This document shows positions 58,200 to 64,000 of a stretch of 64,000 nt of DNA, piece by piece. The DNA comes from Ferruginibacter sp. Its GTDB lineage: Bacteria; Bacteroidota; Bacteroidia; Chitinophagales; Chitinophagaceae. The notes under the pieces were generated by a model. That model had not been told where the DNA came from, did not search any database, and saw only the letters and a program-made list of their open reading frames with translations. The position numbers were made by a program, and so were the translations under genes. Position 1 is the first letter of the stretch. Every line of letters starts with the position of its first letter. The stretch lies in contig JAOQAK010000060.1 of assembly GCA_025963635.1 (NCBI GenBank), positions 23,575 through 87,574 of the forward strand, given 5' to 3'.

Positions 58200-59417
58200 C
58201 TACTCAAACTTTGCACCATCGATAAAAATCCGCTTAACATCTTTTTCATCTGAAATAATATTGAAAAAAGCATCCAGGTATTTCAGCATCTCCTTTCTAT
58301 GACCTGGTAAAAGAGGCTCGAAGTTGCTGATCAATGAATCCATTGCTTTTCTTTGTGTAAGAAATATTTGTAGCGCTTCCTGAAGTTCTTCCATCGTTCT
58401 CGGAAAGCCCCGATATAGTCGCTCCCTCACCGAATTGATGTTAAGTTCGGGAATGGGAATTGCATAGCCCGCATTCACGAGGCCACAGTAATCAAAATCA
58501 TAAGGCACTACAAAAGGCCATTGTGAACTATCGTTTTCACTACGCATTAGCTTTACATTCCTGTAAATAGGAACTGCCCAGTCTGTGTTACCGATCATGT
58601 ATTCGAATAGGGCAACTATGGTGGTTAGCTTGCGATCAGTTCGTTCGGTGTGGAAACTTTGATCTTTTACTTCCATACAATCGTTGCGCTTTGCCATTGC
58701 TTCTACATCTTCAATAAAGAAGGCAAACTGTGTCCTTGATTTTATTCTTTTTTCTATATCCTGGTAGGTGATTTTTACCAGGCGAACCCGGAAACTTTTT
58801 TGAGTTAACAGGTTGTACATTTTATACACCAGGTATTCCTTCAACACGAGTTGCTCGTTAACATAATTCGCTGCACATGGCCACACTAATTTAAGGTGCC
58901 CCAGCTTTTTTAAACCAACGGCCTTATCGGTTTTAAAATTAACCATCAAAGGAGGGATATAACATTCAGATCTCCGAAACTGGCCACGGGCTTTCACTTG
59001 AATCTCTTCAGTAAGTTTTGATCCATCCGCAAAAATGCAGGTAATGGTAGCAGGCTGATACTTTTGCAGGTCCGCTTTTTTAAGCTTTTCACTGACGAGT
59101 TTCTTAAAGTCTGAGACAAGCGTCATGGTAATCAAATCATCCTCTTTAAAAAACTTTTTTTGAGTTACTACCGGTTGTCCGATACCGTCGCTTGTTACAA
59201 CTAAACACAAAAGGATGGTCATAATATTGATTGCTTTTCCGAGAAGCCTGGTAAATTCCTGCGCTCCTGGCCTTGCCATGCCCCGTCGGATAAAACACCT
59301 TGGCCCATTTGACAAATGCCCTGTAATATAAAAGCCATCTGCATTTTTTATAAACTGCTGGTTAATAAAGTTCATGATTTCAATTTTAGCCCGGTGAAGG
59401 ATGTTGCAATAATTCAT
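58200..59417 (-). CDS. Conserved hypothetical protein, possible CotH/atypical kinase-like fold; true start probably further downstream
   Basis: ARGQFRR, LKLVWPC, VLKEYLVYKMYN, FFIED, FEYMIGNTDW, VPYDFD. Confidence 0.55.
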   Translation of the reverse strand: MNYCNILHRAKIEIMNFINQQFIKNADGFYITGHLSNGPRCFIRRGMARPGAQEFTRLLGKAINIMTILLCLVVTSDGIGQPVVTQKKFFKEDDLITMTLVSDFKKLVSEKLKKADLQKYQPATITCIFADGSKLTEEIQVKARGQFRRSECYIPPLMVNFKTDKAVGLKKLGHLKLVWPCAANYVNEQLVLKEYLVYKMYNLLTQKSFRVRLVKITYQDIEKRIKSRTQFAFFIEDVEAMAKRNDCMEVKDQSFHTERTDRKLTTIVALFEYMIGNTDWAVPIYRNVKLMRSENDSSQWPFVVPYDFDYCGLVNAGYAIPIPELNINSVRERLYRGFPRTMEELQEALQIFLTQRKAMDSLISNFEPLLPGHRKEMLKYLDAFFNIISDEKDVKRIFIDGAKFE

Positions 59418-59534
59418 TAAAAAAGATACACAAATTTTTTAAAATTTTATTGAACCAGATTTGAGGAACCTTACTATTGATCCATAAAGTTCAACACGTG
59501 AAAGCTTTGTGATCATAATTGCACATTCATTGCC

Positions 59535-59736
59535 TGACCACACTCAATGCTTCTACTGACGGTGGTCTTCAAATGTGAGTACATCGGAAGGTACATTTGA
59601 TATGTAAATAATTACGACTATTTAAATCAAAAGCTTTGCTTACCACCGGATCAAATGTATGCTCATTATTAAACTTTCAGCAAGAAAAGTCATCCTTGTC
59701 ATTGATTAGAATCAGCATTTCCGATGATCTAAATTC
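59535..59736. promoter_or_regulatory. Two tandem pairs of Crp/Fnr-like TGAY-N4-RTCA boxes
   Basis: 59535 TGAC-caca-CTCA with 59557 TGAC-ggtg-GTCT, and 59703 TGAT-taga-ATCA with 59725 TGAT-ctaa-ATTC; both pairs have a 22-bp period. Confidence 0.45.
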
Positions 59737-59798
59737 TCATTCCAACCTTTTCACAACGATACCTTTACACGCAGCAGCTTCTTTTAAAATTCAGTCCT

Positions 59799-60221
59799 AT
59801 GCAAAGTATGCTAACCAATTATAAATGTCCGATGACCAATTATATACCTGAGTTGAAGTTAAAGCAACTGCGGTACGAAATAGATACCTGGAAAAGATTG
59901 CTTGCCTTTATGATGGAGGAAAATGTACATCTTAAAAACAGGATATCGGAAATACTTAAAGATAAATTTGATAAAAATTGGCTTGAAAAAGTGGAATATT
60001 TTCAAAGCAGTTTTATAACCCAGGATCAACTGATCGGTATTCTACGAAATGATGTTGCAATAGTGGAAAAACTACTAATGTTAGAGCAATATGAAGACGA
60101 CAGAATTATCAGTCAAATTGGTGCCAGGCTGAAAAAGATAAGGGGCAATATAATTGCCGCAGAAAGGCAATTCGGCATTTTAAAGATGGAATTCAACAGT
60201 TATCTCTTAGAAAACAGGTAA
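59799..60221 (+). CDS. Hypothetical coiled-coil protein
   Basis: LKQLRYEIDTWKRLLAFMMEENVHLKNRISEILK, helical; start probably ATG 59832. Confidence 0.7.
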   Translation: MQSMLTNYKCPMTNYIPELKLKQLRYEIDTWKRLLAFMMEENVHLKNRISEILKDKFDKNWLEKVEYFQSSFITQDQLIGILRNDVAIVEKLLMLEQYEDDRIISQIGARLKKIRGNIIAAERQFGILKMEFNSYLLENR

Positions 60222-60370
60222 GGGGCTATGCAACTTTCAACTCACTGTTCCGCAAACGGGTTGGGCCCAGTTCTGCAAATTTAATTTCGGGTAAGACAAC
60301 GAAAATATACTACAGACCACTACATAACAGGTCTGCATCATCACGTACATTGAATAGATATTGTAGCCGC

Positions 60371-61429
60371 TCAGTTGAGCAGGTGTTCCAGTTTTTTGGG
60401 ATTGATTATCGTGATCCTGCTGTCCTGGATGTCGATGAGTTTTTCATTGCGGAAGTCACCCAACGTGCGGATAAGGGATTCGGTTGCCGTACCGGCAATC
60501 GCCGCAAGGCTTTCGCGACCGATGCTGATGGCAAATTCCGGTTCATCTGCCACCTGGTATTTTTTTTGCAAAAGCAGCAGCGCTTCGGCCACTTTTTTCC
60601 GGAGGGAATTATAAGCAAGGCCTAATAACTGGCTCTCTTTTGCGGACACATTATTAGCCAGCATGCGAATAAACTTCTGCGCAACTTCTCTGTTTGAGTA
60701 CACCAGTTCTTCGAAATCTTCGACAGGTATTACTGCCAGTTCAGTTAATTCCAAAGCCACTGCCGTATCCTGGTAAACGGTCCCTTCCATCAGGGCCACA
60801 TATCCCAGGAAATCGCCCGGGCTGAAAAGATCGGTCACGAGTTCCTTACCATCGTCATTTCTTTTGTAACCCTTTACTTTCCCTTTTAACACATAATACA
60901 GCCTGTTGGGATGATTTCCCTCTGAATATACTATTTGTTTTTTTTTGTAAACATTAATATTGCGCCCGTCTGTAAGGGATTGCAGTACATTTTTCCCAAG
61001 AGGAAATTCAATCAACTGCTGCAGTTTGTCGATACCAGGATACATTTGCTCTTTAAGCAATTCAATCTTTTTGAGGCGGCTGTCCACGGCATTCAGTAAT
61101 TCGGTACCACTAAATGGCTTGGTAATATAATCGTCGGCCCCCAATTCCATGCCTTTGCGAAAATCACTCCTTTCCGCTTTCGCGGTTAAAAAGATAAAAG
61201 GCGTATTTTTTATCCCTTCATTTTTATGTACCGCATGGAGTACTCCGTATCCATCCAGCACGGGCATCATAATATCGCAAATGATCAGGTCTGGCCCGTT
61301 CTCTATGGCTTTTTCCACGCCAATTTTACCATTTTCTGCCTCTATCACCTGGTAACTCGACAATGCCAGTATCTCCGCCGTGTTGCTGCGGATATCATCG
61401 TTGTCTTCTATTAGCAAGATCTTTTTCAT
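60371..61429 (-). CDS. Response regulator with receiver, cNMP-binding and Crp HTH domains
   Basis: ILLIEDN, DLIICDIMMP, DDYITKP; YVLKGKVKGY..GDFLGY; ISIGRESLAAIAGTATESLIRTLGDF. Confidence 0.93.
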   Translation of the reverse strand: MKKILLIEDNDDIRSNTAEILALSSYQVIEAENGKIGVEKAIENGPDLIICDIMMPVLDGYGVLHAVHKNEGIKNTPFIFLTAKAERSDFRKGMELGADDYITKPFSGTELLNAVDSRLKKIELLKEQMYPGIDKLQQLIEFPLGKNVLQSLTDGRNINVYKKKQIVYSEGNHPNRLYYVLKGKVKGYKRNDDGKELVTDLFSPGDFLGYVALMEGTVYQDTAVALELTELAVIPVEDFEELVYSNREVAQKFIRMLANNVSAKESQLLGLAYNSLRKKVAEALLLLQKKYQVADEPEFAISIGRESLAAIAGTATESLIRTLGDFRNEKLIDIQDSRITIINPKKLEHLLN

Positions 61430-61430
61430 A

Positions 61431-63071
61431 TCAAAAATTTTTGGGTGTAAATGTTATAATAAATTGGGTTCCCTTTCCCAGTTCGCTGTAACACTCCAGG
61501 GTTCCATTCATCAATTCTGCATATTTGGATATTATGTGCAAACCAAGGCCGGTACCCTGTATGCTGCAGGCATTGGTACCACGAAAGAAGCGCTCCATAA
61601 GGTGTTTTTGATCTTCCTTCGAAATACCCATACCATGATCTTTAACCGACAGCTGAAAAATGCCATCACCGATGGTAGTATTTATCTCGATATTGCTGGC
61701 TTTCGGTGAAAATTTACTCGCATTGGAAACCAGGTTCATAATGATATGTTTCAACAATGAGCTATCAAGGCATACCTGCTGGTCGCCTTTATGTTGATAA
61801 CGGATCTTCTGTTTGCTTCTCAACGAATTTTTCATCTCGTCTATAACCAACTTCACCTGCTCACAAATATTGCAATTTGTAAACTTCACCTGCATTTTAC
61901 CTTCTTCTATCTTACCAAGACTTAAAAAATCATTGAGAATATCTGTGAGCATGGTTACAGAAGAAACGATTCGCTGCAAATGTTTCTCCCGCTTCAATTG
62001 GTCGTTTGAAGAAGTGTATTTCTGTACAAGGTATGCGGAGGAAAGTACCGTGCTCAATGGTGTGCGAAATTCGTGGGAAGCCATTGAAACAAATCTCGAC
62101 TTCAATTCATTTAGATCCTTTTCCTTTTTAAGCGAATCCCTCAAGGCTTCCTCCGCCATTTGTCTTTTATAAATGTCTATGGCAATCCCCATAAAGCCGG
62201 TAATAATGCCGGCTTCATCCCTTATGGCAGTTACGGACAATAAAACGGGAAACGACGTGCCGTTTTGCCGTAGATAGGTATATTGCTCCTCTCCATGAAT
62301 ATTGCGTTTTGCTTTTTCAACCAATACATCAAAATCGCCGGGAACAACCAGGCCAAATTCCTGGGATAATTCCTGGCGCTTCTTTTTTATTTCTGTTCTA
62401 TCATGAAGGTCTACAACATTTTTTTGATCAATCACGTCAGATTCTCTATACCCTAAATTGATAGCCGCCTCCGGGTTGAAAAGCTTTACCAGTCCGGTTG
62501 TATCTGTCGCAATGATCATTGCGCCGGCATTATCGAGCAACGCTTTCTGGAAGGCCTGAATATCGGCGAGTTTATCTTTTGATTTCTTCAATTCCTGTAA
62601 CGTCTCCTGCAGGTCGCTGGTACGCTTTTCTACGGTTGCTTCCAGTTCAGCCTTCAGTTTTTCAAAGGCTGTTTCTACTTTTCTGCATTTAGAAATATTC
62701 TTGATGAATGCAATCACATAATTTTTATCATTATCCTGGTAATTGGCCAGGCTAATTTCCATTGCGATCTCTGAGCCGTTTTTATGTAATCCAAACACTT
62801 CTATGCCTTTGCCCATCGACCACCTGCCAGGACTGTCCATATATTTGTCACAGTGGTACCTATGACCGAGGTGAAACCTTTCCGGGATTATTACTTCAAT
62901 GCTGTTGCCTTGTAATTCGCCTTCGGAGTATCCAAATTCATTAAGCGCATGGGAGTTAATAGCAATAATTTTCCCGTCGCTGCCCATGATCAGGATGCCC
63001 ATGGTTGCATTCTGAAAAAACGCTTCAAAAGGCGCTGAACTGTCAATTTTATCGGGAGCTTGCTGCAGCAT
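61431..63071 (-). CDS. PAS-domain sensor histidine kinase
   Basis: Two PAS domains, FVSMASHEFRTPL H-box, NLVSNASKFS, VKDHGMGI, GTGLGL. Confidence 0.95.
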   Translation of the reverse strand: MLQQAPDKIDSSAPFEAFFQNATMGILIMGSDGKIIAINSHALNEFGYSEGELQGNSIEVIIPERFHLGHRYHCDKYMDSPGRWSMGKGIEVFGLHKNGSEIAMEISLANYQDNDKNYVIAFIKNISKCRKVETAFEKLKAELEATVEKRTSDLQETLQELKKSKDKLADIQAFQKALLDNAGAMIIATDTTGLVKLFNPEAAINLGYRESDVIDQKNVVDLHDRTEIKKKRQELSQEFGLVVPGDFDVLVEKAKRNIHGEEQYTYLRQNGTSFPVLLSVTAIRDEAGIITGFMGIAIDIYKRQMAEEALRDSLKKEKDLNELKSRFVSMASHEFRTPLSTVLSSAYLVQKYTSSNDQLKREKHLQRIVSSVTMLTDILNDFLSLGKIEEGKMQVKFTNCNICEQVKLVIDEMKNSLRSKQKIRYQHKGDQQVCLDSSLLKHIIMNLVSNASKFSPKASNIEINTTIGDGIFQLSVKDHGMGISKEDQKHLMERFFRGTNACSIQGTGLGLHIISKYAELMNGTLECYSELGKGTQFIITFTPKNF

Positions 63072-63126
63072 ACATCGTCTTGAAATAACGGTCTACTAAG
63101 CTCCTTAAAGCTGAGCTGGTTATTGC

Positions 63127-63160
63127 TGACTATTGTCATAATCCAACATGATAAATCGCA
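63127..63160. promoter_or_regulatory. Tandem Crp/Fnr-like boxes upstream of the PAS kinase
   Basis: TGAC-tatt-GTCA (63127-63138) and TGAT-aaat-CGCA (63149-63160), 22-bp period. Confidence 0.5.
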
Positions 63161-63227
63161 TAACCTCTTTGACCAGCTACCTTGACATGCAGCTTTTATA
63201 CTATGTGTATTTTTATAAATAATCCTT

Positions 63228-63707
63228 TTAAGTTTCAAACCTGCCAGAGAGCTCGTTTACTACAATCCGGTAAATCACGGGTTTAATATGGGATGATTGG
63301 CGTGAGTGGCCGGGCTTTTCATGGATAACGGGCGGAAGTGCTGTTTCGCTAATTTTGATATGCATCATCCTGTCTACAAATAGCTTTATCGCATAATATC
63401 TCTCCCTTTCAGCCTGTAGTTCCTGGTATTCGCCCCATGCAATAACACTTTTCCATTGTGTAAAGCTTTTCATTTCATCCACCTCAAAACATACCTGTGG
63501 ATTGTTTCGCATAATTTCTATTTTCATACCCATTGAAGAATGGGCTATGATATATTTTCCATCAAACACATAGTTTACAGGTACCACATAGGTTTTTTTA
63601 CCATCATTACAACCTATACGGCCCAATACATTCTCCCGGAGCACCTGGTTAATTTGTTCGTTTGTTAATATACCAATCATGTAATCTTGTTTACAAATTT
63701 TCCTCAT
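63228..63707 (-). CDS. Pyridoxamine 5'-phosphate oxidase-like (NimA-like) flavin-binding protein
   Basis: LGRIGCNDGKKTYVVPVNYVFDG, GMKIEIMRNNPQVCFEVD, WKSVIAWG. Confidence 0.92.
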   Translation of the reverse strand: MRKICKQDYMIGILTNEQINQVLRENVLGRIGCNDGKKTYVVPVNYVFDGKYIIAHSSMGMKIEIMRNNPQVCFEVDEMKSFTQWKSVIAWGEYQELQAERERYYAIKLFVDRMMHIKISETALPPVIHEKPGHSRQSSHIKPVIYRIVVNELSGRFET

Positions 63708-63784
63708 GAATCAGTTTCACACGCTGTGATGTTTGGTGCTACCCAATGATCATTTTTCTTTCCTACCCGCCTGCCGTTACACCT

Positions 63785-64000
63785 TTATAAATGTGCAATA
63801 AAGATCGGTTTCATGATGGTTTGGATCAGCAAATCAGCATTACGGTTTTTGAAGTAATGTGCCAGCGGGAAGTGTTCGTAAGCGCCCATTACCAGGAAGA
63901 TATTTTTTTTGTTTAGAAGGTAGGAAATCAATCCTGATTCGGTTTCTTCATGCAAGGATTGGAAATCGACGGCGTAATAATGTGCATTTAGCCATTCTTT
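63785..64000 (-). CDS. Universal stress protein, 3' part; runs off the window
   Basis: Manual translation: KEWLNAHY...NIFLVMGAY...NADLLIQTIMKPIFIAHL*, matching the C-terminal UspA pattern. Confidence 0.7.
   Translation of the reverse strand, partial: KEWLNAHYYAVDFQSLHEETESGLISYLLNKKNIFLVMGAYEHFPLAHYFKNRNADLLIQTIMKPIFIAHL

Overview
AT-rich Bacteroidota DNA, most likely Chitinophagaceae. This is inferred from TAnnTTTG -7 promoter boxes, a T9SS-tailed peptidase, a SusC fragment and ~800-aa MacB/FtsX-type permease arrays. Almost all genes are on the minus strand. (1) 1-13.7 kb: an efflux locus with an HlyD-like adaptor, an ABC ATPase and at least 4 tandem permeases. Upstream lie two paralogous ~60-aa peptides whose promoter has the same architecture as the exporter promoter. 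(2) 13.8-28.5 kb: GNAT, DinB, DUF3500, secreted proteins, PhnA and an ArsR-SRPBCC-YdeI stress cluster. (3) 29-34.8 kb: co-oriented small genes separated by a family of attC-like imperfect palindromes, with no integron integrase in view. (4) 34.8-36.4 kb: an eroded, repeat-rich non-coding stretch. (5) 36.9-46.8 kb: a PGM1-like ATP-grasp ligase and a glycan-modifying cluster (HGSNAT-like, ChbG, GH78, GH116) flanked by REP-like hairpins. (6) 47.4-53.5 kb: a LytS/LytTR system with five promoters carrying LytTR direct repeats at a fixed distance, one of them driving an unannotated 45-aa ORF. (7) 53.5-57.5 kb: gene fragments (integrase, GH3, SusC, hybrid TCS, group II intron RT). (8) 57.6-64 kb: NUDIX, a kinase-like hypothetical and a PAS kinase/Crp-type regulator/USP cluster. 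I saw no rRNA, tRNA or CRISPR array. All family assignments come from reading the sequence; no searches were run.
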